A stretch of 64,000 bases of DNA from Eledone cirrhosa (GCA_964016885.1 OZ024743.1:152768001-152832000), one strand, 5' to 3'. Shown: positions 1-12,953, counted from the stretch's first letter. Notes: generated by a model not told the origin, from the letters alone. Numbers and translations are program-made.

Positions 1-37
1 ATAGAAGAAATTAAAAGATGGTTAAAAAAGTTCCATA

Positions 38-107
38 TATTTTATTATGCACATTTCGAAAACAACATCATCCTGTGACAAAAAATGTGTTCTCATCAGA
101 TAAAATA
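38..107 (-). ncRNA. Type I hammerhead ribozyme
   Basis: Minus strand: UAUUUUAU-CUGAUGA-stem II-GAAA-UGUGCA-UA-AUAAAAUA; 8-bp stem I. Confidence 0.75.
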
Positions 108-202
108 AGATAACATGATATGAGGCCTAAAAACAATTGTGAACAAGAAAGTGTCCATTCAATATGTAGACACATGTTTTTAGGCCACATATCATGTTAC
201 CT

Positions 203-272
203 TATTTTATCTGATGAGAACACATTTTTTGTCCCAGGATGATGTTGTTTTCGAAATGTGCATAATAAAATA
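203..272 (+). ncRNA. Type I hammerhead ribozyme
   Basis: tattttat 203-210 pairs with ataaaata 265-272; CTGATGA 211-217; bulged stem II; GAAA 253-256; tgtgca; TA cleavage site 263-264. Confidence 0.75.
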
Positions 273-419
273 TATGGAACTTTTTTAACCATCTTTTAAT
301 TTCTTCTTTATATATACTCCAGTTCTACCAACTGTTGAGTGCTACTTATCTGATATATGCATAGTTTTATTGTTCTACAATATTACTCACCTCCTACATT
401 ATATATATATATATATATA

Positions 420-531
420 AGTCCTTTCTGATGATCTGGTTAGGCTAAGATCGTATTTAAAATTGAGTGGCACAACTTCAAATGTTCAGCAATTTTTAGA
501 CAACTTAATCAGTGAAACAATTGTTAATACT
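420..531 (+). ncRNA. Degenerate type I hammerhead with long stem II
   Basis: CTGATGA 428-434; ctggttagg pairs with cttaatcag 504-512; GAAA-CAATTG-TT 514-525; stem I weak; fragment flanked by (TA)n on both sides. Confidence 0.55.
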
Positions 532-577
532 GTAAATAAAACCTTTTTGTACTGTTAACCATGTTATTCTTCACTCT

Positions 578-649
<72 letters not shown>

Positions 650-1276
650 ATGCAGTATATATTATAAAGTTACGGTGTCTACCGATTTGACATATACTAA
701 TATAGTAGTGTATATTGCTTGAAACATACTTAAATTTGGCAGTTTTATAATGATTGTATTAATGATAATGATATACTGTGTGTAAATATATGAGTGATTC
801 ATTTCAATATCAACAAGACTGACTTAGATATATATTTAGTAATGTGGTAATGCAACTCTAGAAATATGACTAAATGATTTCTGTGCTAATATATTTCTTT
901 CTCTATATTTCTCACAGGAATAATAAACTAATAGATTACTTGGTTTGTGTTTCCCATAAATATTCTTTTCTACATTTCCTGGACTATTTCAATAATTTAT
1001 GACATGTGACCTTTTATTTTTTTCCTCAAAACTGCTATAGATGTAAATGTTTGTTTCTACCTTCTTAAAATATAACTTTCTCTGTTTGCGTAGACTTTCT
1101 GCTAGGCCTTGTTGCTCATTATCATGATTTAATGTCTGTTTTCTTTGCTAGCAAGCGTTGGATGGGTCATCACAGAGTGAAATAGTACTCAAGCAGAACT
1201 ACTGATTCTCAGATGGACCAAGTGTCTGTATCTTGCTTACATACGCCCCTGCATGCTACAAATCACATTGTTGTTT

Positions 1277-1756
1277 AACTCTTTTGATATCAACTCATCT
1301 GAAACTATCACTGGTTCTATAATATGGAATGTGTAAAAGTGCTCATATTTATCTAACCGTTCCACCATAAACTTATCTAAAAAAACATTCTGTCAATTTG
1401 TTTTAAACACCAGCTGAATAAGTGTTTCCAATTTAGGCACAAGGCTAAACATTTGTGAAGCAAGGAAAGAAGTTGATAACATTAACACCAGTATGTGCCT
1501 GTATTTTATTGAATTTGGAAGGATGAGAGACAAAGTTGATATCAGCAGAATTTGAACTCAGAAGATAAAGGGCAATAACTAAATGCTGCAAAGAATTTAG
1601 TTCAATACTCTAATGATTCTGTTAATCAACTGTCCAACACCACTTAATAATGTTAGTTATAGTACTAAAACCATTTAAATTCTTGATTAGTTTCAATATT
1701 ATTTGAAAATCATTTACAGTCTCTTTCATTAGAAACATGGTAACTAAAGAATTAAT
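1277..1756. mobile_element. Old piggyBac-like (TTAA-CCC) MITE interrupted by a minus-strand SINE (~1430-1640)
   Basis: ttaactcttttgatatc...agaaacatggtaactaaagaattaa resembles copies at ~4631-4867 and ~6978-7239. Confidence 0.45.
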
Positions 1757-2382
1757 TGCAAGCCAGCCTTGGTCAAGGAGACCTGTAATCTAAGGTATTC
1801 TAGTCATGACCATCTTGGTTTTTAGAGGCAACTTGGATTATATTATCTAATGAATTATTTCATTATTTTAAATGGCTGCTATTTTGAGCAGGTTGTGTAG
1901 TAAACTTGTTGATTCACTGACCGTATTATTTTTCTTATTGGTATATATTTAAAAATTGACTTTTACACTTTTGTACTATTTCTATTTATTTCGTATATTC
2001 TACATGATTTTAAAAATAATTTAGAGCCTCTGAGACTTGAGGAGTGTCCTCAATATATTATTTAAACCAATGATCTTGGCTGAATTGGCAACAGAATGGA
2101 CTTTGCTACAAGACATCAAAAGTTTGGTGGTGGTGTTAAACCAGCCACTAGATTACGTGTTCTGCAGATATATACTACTGTCATTTATTTTACAAATAGT
2201 TGGTTTCACCCATGTACTACAGTGAGTTGAAAGATGGAAATTAAATGAAATTATTCATGTAATTACTAGACAAAATAAAAAAAATAAATAAACCCTCTAA
2301 GGATGGTAAAAAACTGAACACACCAAACAGGGGAAATAAATCTAATAAGATATGCTAAAAAAATCTTTGGAAAATAAAGATA

Positions 2383-2560
2383 ATTGTTTCTACTTTAGGC
2401 ACAAGGCCAGCAATTAACCAGTGCATTACTGGTACTTTATTTTATCGACCTCGTAAGGATGAAAGGCAAAGTCAACCTCGGCGGGATTTGAACTCAGATC
2501 ATAAAGGGACGTAACTATGCTGGAAAGCATGGTGTCCGACCTTCTACTGATACTGCCAAT
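2383..2560 (-). mobile_element. tRNA-derived SINE with Meta-like central domain
   Basis: Minus strand: A box TGGCAGTATCAG, B box GAGTTCAAATCC, then GCCTTTCATCCTT..GGTCGATAAAATAAAGTACCAG; near-identical copies at 38467 and 60018. Confidence 0.8.
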
Positions 2561-2859
2561 AGATAATACAGACTGTTGATTGTCTTGAAAGTGAAAGCAA
2601 GAGATATTTGGTGGTCTTATTAGATGTCCTCACTAAAGTATACCATAGGGAATGTTCTATTCATATCGTCAGACACAAGCATATATAAATAGCTGAACAT
2701 GTTTGCCTGAAGATATGACTAACAACTGTAACTTACATTTCTGGAGGCTTTGTTAGTTTATGAAGCCATTTGTAGTATATGTAATACCATGTGTATGAAT
2801 CATAATACACACACACACACATATATATATCATGATCATCATTATCACCATATATATAT

Positions 2860-2999
2860 ATCATCATCATCATCATCATCATCATCATCTTAGTTTAACA
2901 TCTATCTTCCACGCTAGCATGGATTAGACGGTATATATATATATACTTGCAAGCAGGGAAAAGCGGACGTAAAATGATGATGATGATGATGATGATGAT
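2860..2999. mobile_element. Two ultra-short RTE 3' tails in opposite orientation around a (TA)n tract
   Basis: (CAT)n-...ccacgctagcatgg...agacgg matches the tail near 38120; cttgcaagcagggaaaagcggacgtaaaa(TGA)n matches tails near 24530 and 53586. Confidence 0.7.
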
Positions 3000-3006
3000 A
3001 TATATA

Positions 3007-3056
<50 letters not shown>

Positions 3057-3122
3057 GAAGAGAGAAGAAACATTTAGATATAATTAGTAATAAAATGTAT
3101 CATACCTAAACTGTTCCTAAAT

Positions 3123-3210
3123 TCCTCGACTACGTAGTTTCGTGGCATAAACAAAAACAATATATCAAAGATATAGAGTCCTTGCGAGGTCTGCCGACTT
3201 ATCAAGAGGA
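3123..3210 (-). ncRNA. Type I hammerhead, U3-A8 core variant
   Basis: UCCUC-UUGAUAA-GUCGGCA..UGCCAC-GAAA-CUACGUAG-UC-GAGGA. Confidence 0.8.
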
Positions 3211-3713
3211 TACCTCATTTTACTAGTCTCAAGAACGCGTCTACACGACGTGAGAAAGAATCCCAAAAGGCGGAGGGGGAGATAGTCACGCGATATAACG
3301 GTCGAGAAACAGAGCTAAGCCTCTTATAACCACGAAAAAAATACCACGGAGGCGGAGGGGGTATTCATACCGAGGCCGTAGAAGAGGTAGTGAAGAAGGC
3401 GAGAAGTATGAGTAATGGAAGCTTTCCAGTTGTCCCCACACTTCAAAGATTGCTCGACCAGAGGGAGTTATTAATACATTTAGAAACACACAGATACATG
3501 CGGACACACACATATATACATGAATGCATCCGCACCCAACTGTGAGTTAAGGGTGCCAACTTCACCGATGTTGCTCAATGAATGACTGGGACAGACCAAT
3601 TCAGTTTGAACCAGACTGAACCAGTATCAGAGTTAAAAATACATTATGAAGAGAGAAGAAACATTTAGATATAATTAGTAATAAAATGTATCATACCTAA
3701 ACTGTTCCTAAAT

Positions 3714-3801
3714 TCCTCGACTACGTAGTTTCGTGGCATAAACAAAAACAATATATCAAAGATATAGAGTCCTTGCGAGGTCTGCCGACTTATCAAGAGG
3801 A
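3714..3801 (-). ncRNA. Type I hammerhead, U3-A8 core variant
   Basis: Identical to 3123-3210, 591 bp away on the same strand. Confidence 0.8.
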
Positions 3802-4000
3802 TACCTCATTTTACTAGTCTCAAGAACGCGTCTACACGACGTGAGAAAGAATCCCAAAAGGCGGAGGGGGAGATAGTCACGCGATAAGAGGCTTAGCTCT
3901 GTTTCTCGACCGTTATATCGCGTGACTATCTCCCCCTCCGCCTTTTGGGATTCTTTCTCACGTCGTGTAGACGCGTTCTTGAGACTAGTAAAATGAGGTA

Positions 4001-4088
4001 TCCTCTTGATAAGTCGGCAGACCTCGCAAGGACTCTATATCTTTGATATATTGTTTTTGTTTATGCCACGAAACTACGTAGTCGAGGA
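4001..4088 (+). ncRNA. Type I hammerhead, U3-A8 core variant
   Basis: tcctc 4001-4005 / gagga 4084-4088; TTGATAA 4006-4012; GAAA 4070-4073; palindrome ctacgtag 4074-4081; TC 4082-4083. Confidence 0.8.
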
Positions 4089-4322
4089 ATTTAGGAACAG
4101 TTTAGGTATGATACATTTTATTACTAATTATATCTAAATGTTTCTTCTCTCTTCATAATGTATTTTTAACTCTGATACTGGTTCAGTCTGGTTCAAACTG
4201 AATTGGTCTGTCCCAGTCATTCATTGAGCAACATCGGTGAAGTTGGCACCCTTAACTCACAGTTGGGTGCGGATGCATTCATGTATATATGTGTGTGTCC
4301 GCATGTATCTGTGTGTTTCTAA

Positions 4323-4395
<73 letters not shown>

Positions 4396-5109
4396 TGTAA
4401 ATATATATATATATGCCTGCACAAACACACATGCATACACTCACAATATATTGTTTAGAATCAATCTAACAAACTCCACTCATATTGGAGACATTTTCAC
4501 AATGTACTATGGAGAGGACTGATTGTGGAATTGTGTGGTTTCAAAACAAATCCTTTTTGCAAACAACACATTATGCATGCACCATTCTTCTCCAATGAAA
4601 CTTATTTTCCCTCAAAGATGTAGGAAATATATTAACCCTTTTGATACCAGTATGGCCTAAATTGGCTTTTGTTCTGTAAAACAAAATCATCTTTAAACAG
4701 TTCTTATTAAAATTAAAGAATATTCCCATATAATTTCATATAAGAATGATATGTTAAAATACAATCTTAGTAATAAAATAATTAATCATTTTAGTAAATC
4801 CCTCAAAATTCATCATTAATTAATTTAAATAGTGTATTTCATTAGAGATATGGCCATGAAAATGTTCAGTCATGGGTGTTAGAAGAAGCATCTTCTTCAA
4901 CCAAGCTTCAGAAGTCAGTAAAGTAAGTACCTCTCTACAAGGAGTATGGTGTGGTATGTTATGGTTCCGTATCTCCTGATAGAATCATGGGGGTGGGGGG
5001 TGGGGTGGCACTGTATTGACATACAGTATTTCTTGGGCATTTTATGCCTGGCAAAGCCCATTTCACTCCAGGCCTGAGTACGGCAGATTTTTTCCTGAGA
5101 AAAGAAGAA

Positions 5110-5260
5110 TCAACCCCAGTACTAGACTGTTACTTTTTTTTATCGACCTTGAAAGGATGAAAGGCAAAGTTGACCATGGCAAAATTTGAACTCAGAGAGC
5201 AGAGTGCCAGAACGAATTTCTACAGCATTCTATCCAATGTTCTAATGACTTTGCGAATTC
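5110..5260 (-). mobile_element. Meta-like tRNA SINE, degraded
   Basis: tttatcgaccttgaaaggatgaaaggcaaagttgacc...atttgaactcag. Confidence 0.65.
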
Positions 5261-8200
5261 AGAGTACATTTTTATAAACCTATGCCCTATTTCTATGTTT
5301 GACATATTTTGTCTCTATTTATAAAACATTGTATATTGGCATCTAAACATGATTTTTTTGTTTAATTAACCATACTACACTACTATATTTATTTATTTTT
5401 GTGTACTTCTAACAAAGTCCTATGGAAATGTAGTTGATAATAGTTTCTTGAGTTACACACAATTATTACAAAACGACAACAACAAACAAACAAAAACATT
5501 TTCAGAATTTTTCATATGAAATATTTCACAAATTATTATTTTCCATCAATTGAAATCATATATAACAATTTGGATTAAAAAATTAGTTGATCAAACAAAA
5601 TTGTCAGTGTCCATCACCTTTGCAGAAAATTCTAGACTAATAAAATAATCATTGAGGTTGATGTTTCATTTAAACTTTAGTATACCAGTCTCTTCTTTAA
5701 AACTTTGTGCAGGCAGGAAAAATAGTTCAGCAATATATTTAGTATGAGATTTGGAATTTGGTGTATTGTTGAATGCAAGTGTAATTTGTTAATTCAGATG
5801 AGCAGATGTCATTTTATTAGACAGCTGGTAAATGAGCGTTGAACTGGGGCTATCCTACTACTATATGTAAATTGAATTGTAGTGTTATATATAATGAGGC
5901 CACAAATATAATCCATTCTAAACTCCTTCCACACTTTCTCGCTAACTTCTACCACCCCAACAAATCCTATATACATGAACATATTCAATAGAATGTCTGT
6001 ATATGTAATACATACATACACATACTCAGAAGCATGTGTATATCCACATGTAAATTAAGGTCTTCACTTAGAGCTGAATGCCTGTGAATGTTGTGTCGTA
6101 ATAGAAGCACTGTATTCAAATAATCATGAAGATCAAATGGCAATTGGGTTGTGATTAGTAACTGTCTCTTTCTACTTTCCCAATACCATATCAGGTCTTA
6201 AACTCAACTAATATGGCGTGTTGTCACACAGTCATGATATATTTGCAATGTGAGTATGCCTCAATGCTCTTGCTTGATCTTTCTGGAAAAGTAGCCAAAT
6301 CACTACCAAATGCATCATATTTGTCTATATATAGAAAAAGCTACAATGAAAAACTTTGCTCTACGCACCAAACATTTTATTAATTAATCCAGGGCTGTGG
6401 AAGAATACACTTACCTAAAGCATTGCACAGTGAGATCAAATAGGAACTACTTGATTGTGTAGCATGCATTTTAACCACATATTCTCTGGGCTAGGAAAAT
6501 ATATAGGAAACAGAGCACATATCTGAGCTATTGTGATGTGAATATTCTCCAATTAGTTGAATATTTTTTTTTTATGTAGTTAGGATTATTTAAGTGCATA
6601 GCAGCAGTAGCACCATTTAGATCTGTGAATAATACTGTAATGTAGGCTGCCCTTCTATTTTGTAGAGGATCAGGAATTGATAAATGAAGTATATTCTTGC
6701 ACTAAATAAGAAGTATAATCCTTGAAATACAGTTTTCGTGAGGTTATATTTCAGAATACTAATTGTCATCCACAAGGCTGAGCCCTACAATGTAGAATGG
6801 CTCTTTCAGTACTTCTTCACAATCTTCCAGGGTAACAACACATTTGCCATTTTGATTGTCAGGATCATGAAACTTTTGTGTGATACACTGAGTTTCTTTT
6901 GTTTATTAAGACTATATTTTTATTTATAAGATATCTGAAATAGTGAGGTTAGATTATTTTTCATAACTTTAAGGGCCCTAACTCATTTGATACATAACCA
7001 TCCCAAACTGTCCCTGATTTTATGTTACAGAACTGTTAGTTTTAAGTGTTTATAGTTATCTAAAAACCTTCCATCATAATTTTATGAAAGAAGTTTTTTT
7101 AATTTATGTTCCGAACACCAGCTTAATAATCAGAAAGTTAGTTATATTACAAAATCACTTAAATTTTTGGTCATTTTCAAAATAATTTGAAAATCATAGG
7201 CAGTGTCTTTTGTTAGAAATATATTGACAACAGGGTTAATAATGTACTGTTGCTCATGGATTGGAAAAGTTTTTTTATATGAGTAGTAATTGTGTCTTTG
7301 TGGTACTGAAGAAGACAAGATTGTCATATCATCATTAGTACATATTCTCAAATTCTGTGTTAAAGAATGCAATGTAAATTTTGTGTAAAGTGTCATGGTT
7401 GCATCTAGTTGATTTTAGTGTTTAAACGGTCAAAGAGAAATAAAGTGTGGTATTATCGATATGTATGTACTTGAAGAAATAGTAAGAAAGTCATTAATAT
7501 AGAGGTAAATGTATGGGAGACATAACAGATCTCTGTAATTCAACAGAATTGATCAAACAAATGGGAGTGAATGTTGTCACTTGACCTATTAAGAATAACT
7601 GCAAAAATTTCAAACCCTATTTTACCATCTTAGATCTGGCCACATTAGAAGTAATTCTCGATTGGATTCCCTGCACACAGGATAAACATGAGTTAGTCAC
7701 TGCTGGAATGCCTTTGGTCATAGTTTTGCTTGAACAGAGATGACCTGGAGCTAAACAGCAACACCAACATCTACTTAATTAATATAGAGTGAGTCAATGA
7801 GACATCTTTCAGTACATACTGCCATACAAATACATCCTTTAATCAAACATACTATCTCTAGAACTACATTATCTAAAGTAGCTTTGTTTTTAAGATTCAT
7901 AGGAAATGATGTAAAGGAAATTTGGCTGCTATTTTTTGCAGGATGCTTGAGCATATAGAAGCTCCCTCGTTGGCTATAGAAAGTAAATGAAAGAATATGA
8001 TATAAAGATAATCACATCAGATGACTGCTATATAAATAAGCATCTATTTTAGTATCAACATTCTATGAAGATGTAATAAACTAGAATAGAATAAATAGAC
8101 CTTCTACCATTAATGAGTATCTTTACGGTTTATGTATTTTGTTTTTGTTTTTACTTCAGCTTTAAAGACCTTGGTGTAAAACTTATTGATGTTCTGGTGT

Positions 8201-8946
8201 AAAACTTATTGATGAACTGAATATTCCTGTTTAAATACAAAGCAAAAGGTTAACTTCTTCGAAACTGTTCATTCACATTTGATTTTTCCATTCTCTGCTT
8301 TCTCAAAAATTATTCTATAAATTATTCCAGTATGAAAACATGAATTGAATTTGCTACAAACAAATAATTTTTTTTGATTCACAATGGATTAGATTAATGC
8401 TAAAGTTTGCTCGAAACAAAGAAAAGTGATGAAATAAAATAACAAAGAGCAGATTTAGTTTACATTTCCCCCACCCATTTCCCTTTTATAAATATTTATT
8501 AACACTCCATCACTGGTAAGATCATCAGCATTAAACTGTAAGATTTAATACTATTTCCATAAAGTAAAATATTTCTAATATATAACAAATTTCTCAACAG
8601 AGCATTAAAATACTTCTCTTTAGATAGATGGAATAAATCTCCAGAGAAAGTATGAACATTACTGTAAAATACTTCTTACTTTAGTGAGGATAGATTTTTT
8701 GCTCGGTTTTGTTTGGGTCAAGAAGACTGTCTGCTAATTTGAAGATTGAGAAGTTATATTGAGCTAACTGACTCACAAACAACACATTGCCTGAACTGAT
8801 TTGATTTTCTTTGTTTGAACAAACACAAATATAACTAAGGAGGTATTTTGATATATGGATATCTCTGTTTAAATTGACTATAGAGAGGTTAATTCATCTG
8901 AAAATAGAGAAGTTGAAGTGAGAACAGACTTCAGTAAACAGATAGC

Positions 8947-8977
<31 letters not shown>

Positions 8978-9790
8978 TATGTATGTATGTATGTATGTAT
9001 ACTTTGCTAGCTTGATAAATAGATGAGAGAGGAAGAGAGAGAAAGAAATAGATCAAGAGAAAGAGAGGAAAAGAGAAAGTGTATGAAGCAGAGTAAAGAC
9101 AGTTTAAAAGAGAATTAAATTAATAGATAGATTTCTTTATTTGCCACAAGGGCGCAAAAAGATGGGGACAAATACAGAGTGGGGAATTTACATACATGCA
9201 TGTAAGAAAATAGAATTAATAAAAATAACAAATTAATAGATAGATAGTTATATAAATGTGTCTATGATTTTCCACTTCCTCAGTGACTAACACATCTACT
9301 TAAGTAATAGTCTTATTGAGTTGGTTCTACCAAAACAAGGGTAAGGATTGTCATTAACATTTAAAGCTTAAGAACTATGTTTTAATGTATCTTTTATTTA
9401 TACTTTGTCACAACAGAAATAAAGCATCATTTAAAACAGAAACAACAACGTTAACAGCAACTTATTTATAATATGCCTTTTATCTTTTATCATATATGAA
9501 TTCTTATTTGAATTTAGAACAAATTAATTTTAAATAAACAAGCAGTATTTATCAGTGCAGGGATCCGCTACTTTTTGTTGATATTTTTAGTTTTGTCTGT
9601 AAAACACATATATGTATATTATATCATATCTTATATATAAACATTTGAAAAGATATGAGGCCCACAACGAACACATTTCACCTGTTGTTAATCCTAGTAT
9701 TAGATTAAAAAATTGTTTCAATAACCTTTTTTCATGCATTTTGTCTATATCTGAGTTCTACTAAGTGTGATGGATTGGTAGAATTGTTAA

Positions 9791-10031
9791 CCCTTTAGCA
9801 TTTGCATTACTCTATATATACTATTGTATACTATTGTGATAAAGGCCTTTCCTCGCTTAATTATATCACATAATATCAAATCTATGAGATTTTGATATTA
9901 TTTACTTTGAGAACGCTACCTTAACGTTGGTGTAAGTGGCTGGTTATTGCCAGCTTGGACAGAAAGAGGTGAGAGAATTTTGGCCGGATATGGCCGGTTT
10001 AAATGCTAACAGAAATATGGTAACGAAAGGG
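9791..10031. mobile_element. piggyBac-like MITE inserted in a SINE
   Basis: TTAA-ccctttagcattt ... aaaggg-TTAA; internal sequence matches 58545-58761; SINE remainder follows at ~10040-10170. Confidence 0.65.
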
Positions 10032-12334
10032 TTAAAGCATCGAATTCTCCAAAGATTAACTTTGCCTTTCATCCTTCTGGAGTTGATGAAATAAAGTACC
10101 AATAAGATACTGTTGTTGATACAGTCAGCTGTTATGTACCCCCAAATTTCTAAATCTAAGGCCTTGTACATATGTAAGAAATCAATATCTAAGTCCTACT
10201 AACTCTGTGATAACTAGTAGCTTTCACAGGATAGTTTAGTTTGCAGCCATGAGAGTTTTGCTGGTCACTACTGAGTCCATACAAAGTTGGGCCAAATTCA
10301 TGTGTGCTGCAAGGTGTCTAGAGTATAAAGTTGATATATCTACTAGAGCTGTCACCAACAATTTACACAGCAATACAGATAGAATAGGATATTAGTTAGA
10401 ACTTTTATAGATGAGCTAATATCTATTTTCAGTATGGATAAATTGATGTGAAATGAAGTAGAGAAGTTGAATCTGAGAATGTTGTGCCTCATCGATGAGA
10501 TATGCTGCATTGCAGACTTGTTGAACATATGCCACTATAGAAAAAAACACATTAAAATGAGGAAGATAATCATTATAAAGGCAATGAAAGTAAGAACAAT
10601 ATTATTAATAATATTGATGATAGTAATAATGATAGTAACTTTTATGTTTAGTTATTCATTCATTTATTCATTTATTTTATATCACAATTTATGAACAACA
10701 TCATTGTTGATTATAGATTTATAATATACCAATCTTTGGTTCACTGCATTTTTGATAGCAAGAGTGAAATGGAAGTGTCACCAGTTTTTTGGCTCCTCAA
10801 TGATGTTTACATGTTTTGCTGATATATACCAGTGAAGACATCCTTCCACCCCACACAAATTTACACACATACAACTACACAGTTTCTATCTACCTATTTC
10901 TATCCACAAGGCTATGGAAAAAGCTTTTACCTAATCTGCTGTACAGTGGGATTGAACCCAGAACCACTTGTTTGTAAACCAAATGTCAAAACCAGACATG
11001 ATTTTAAAATGATGCGTTCATGAAATAATTTGTCATTGCTCATATATATTATCGAATCAGCAAATTTACTAAGATGTCTTTTTACCCAAACCATAATTGC
11101 AATCAGCAAAAAGAAAAATTATTATATATTTTCTACATTAACAAAATTTTGTGAGTTTTTTAAGATCAGGCAAATATTTTTAAAACGAGTAAATTCAATT
11201 TTTGTTTGTTTGTTATGGTTAACTTTTTAACAAATTCTATTTTTTAGCTAACTCTAAACTTTCATAGTTTATACATTTTTATAGCGTAATGTAAAAATTG
11301 TTCTTCATTTTATTTCTGTTCTTGCTAGTAGCAGAACAATCATGGTTTATTTCTTGCTTAAGGGAGTATGTTGCCATCGTGTGTTCTATTTGGTTTTTAC
11401 TTTCTAGCTTACACTGATTACAAAGAGTCTTCAGTGAAGGCATGCTGTTAATACTTTATATAATCTATTGATTTTAATATGATACACATATATACATGAG
11501 AGCAGTAAATTACATTGCTATATGCAATGAAATGAGAGATATGTTCTAAACTATAAAATATAAGTTTATGTCGCCAGTAGTTTCAGTTTTAACATCATGT
11601 TAGCAACTGATCTATTCTGCAATATATATCATTTGTGAAATAATTTTCTTTATATTTTCTTCTTTACTGAGTAAGAATAGCCAAGATTCCTGCATTATTC
11701 TCAGTTGAACAGCATGTAAGAAAGTAGAGCCAATTAAAAACGATGTTACATAGAGAGCCTGTCCTTGAGATATATTTGCTGATACATGAAAGTTAATCCT
11801 TGTCAGATTTTGTAGGTTCTTAAATTTATAGATAACAAATAGAAATATACTTTTATGTGCTTTTCTTTTTCTACTGTTAAGATCCAGAATGTTCCAGTTG
11901 TATCAAGCTATGCTCTACTCTTAAAAATACAATTTCACAGTTTATTAATGTCGTGGGATGTAAAAACTTCCTTTAGAATAAATATTATATAGTATATTAA
12001 TCTAATTAACTCAGTATTGTAAGATTAGCATATAACATATAGTTTTGACTCCCATTATAATTGAATAGAATACCCAGGGACATTGACATTATAAATACCA
12101 TGACAGGTGACAGTTGTCAGTTATATGAATATAAAAAAAATAATCAAATGTCAAAGTATCAAACTTGACGTGGCTGTCACTTAATGATGATAGCATGGCA
12201 GTGAATTTTATTGTTTAATCTTGAAGAAAAAGATAATGGTTATTTGATGTTGATTTGATAGAATGAGAAACTGAAATATACATATACATATGCACACATA
12301 CATACATACATACTTATATATATATTTATACATG

Positions 12335-12570
12335 TAATCATCATCACCACTATTTAACGGCCATTTTCTCATGCTAGCATGGGTTAGACGAGTTGCCACA
12401 TTGTGAGACAAGTCAGATTAGGTGACCATGTCTTGCTTATACAGAATTGTTTCTGGCTTTGATTCTACAGTTGGATGCCCTTCCTAATGACAACCACATT
12501 TGCAGTGTGGACTGAGTGCTTTTGATCATGTCACCAAAATTGACAGGTTGGACTGGGTACATTTTCATGT
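12335..12570 (-). mobile_element. Old RTE 3' UTR fragment
   Basis: (CAT)n tail, catgctagcatgggttagacg, ggatgcccttcctaa motif. Confidence 0.65.
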
Positions 12571-12607
<37 letters not shown>

Positions 12608-12734
12608 CATTAAAAAACATGTGAGACAAATACAGGAAATCCAAAACTCAGAGGAGACAAGCACATGGAAAATGACTGCTCATTACATGTCTTCTGGGGA
12701 TCATTATAATTTCGGATGCTTTTAAATGACAGAA

Positions 12735-12905
12735 TTATTCACCACCTGTGCAATAATAGTATCTTTGGATGAGTAAACTGGAGCAACATAAAATAAAGTG
12801 TCTTGCTGAAGGACACAACACATCATTTAGTCCAAGAATCAAACTCACAACCTTTTAATTGCAAGCCAAACGCTCTAACCACTAAGCCGTGAGCCTTCGC
12901 TACAG
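12735..12905 (-). mobile_element. tRNA-derived SINE (second family)
   Basis: Minus strand: ggcttagtggttagagcg A box, gagtttgattc B box, gtgtccttcagcaagacacttt. Confidence 0.6.
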
Positions 12906-12953
12906 GTATATATATGTATATATATATATATGTATATACATATATATATATAT

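Larger units (their letters stand above)
3..307. repeat. Inverted repeat (arms 3-135 / 175-307, 39-bp spacer), each arm carrying a hammerhead; PLE-type terminal fragment
   Basis: Arms are near-perfect reverse complements with a few mismatches; followed by TATATA; window edge may truncate it. Confidence 0.9.
3052..4328. mobile_element. Non-coding hammerhead-delimited mini-element (retrozyme / non-autonomous PLE-like): 591-bp monomer, partial direct repeat, inverted copy
   Basis: 3052-3295 = 3643-3886 (period 591); 3474-3886 is the reverse complement of 3916-4328; spacer is the reverse complement of ~3296-3324; (TA)n on both flanks; three HHRs. Confidence 0.85.

Noticed and set aside
3286-3513. 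75-aa ORF inside the 591-bp monomer
   Set aside because: Non-ATG start in a GT-rich tract and no recognisable motif
3052-4328. CRISPR-like or prokaryotic interpretation of the repeats
   Set aside because: No short repeat-spacer periodicity; context is clearly eukaryotic
8140-8215. Polypyrimidine-CAG acceptor-like site and 22-bp tandem duplication
   Set aside because: No supportable exon frame or donor; local slippage
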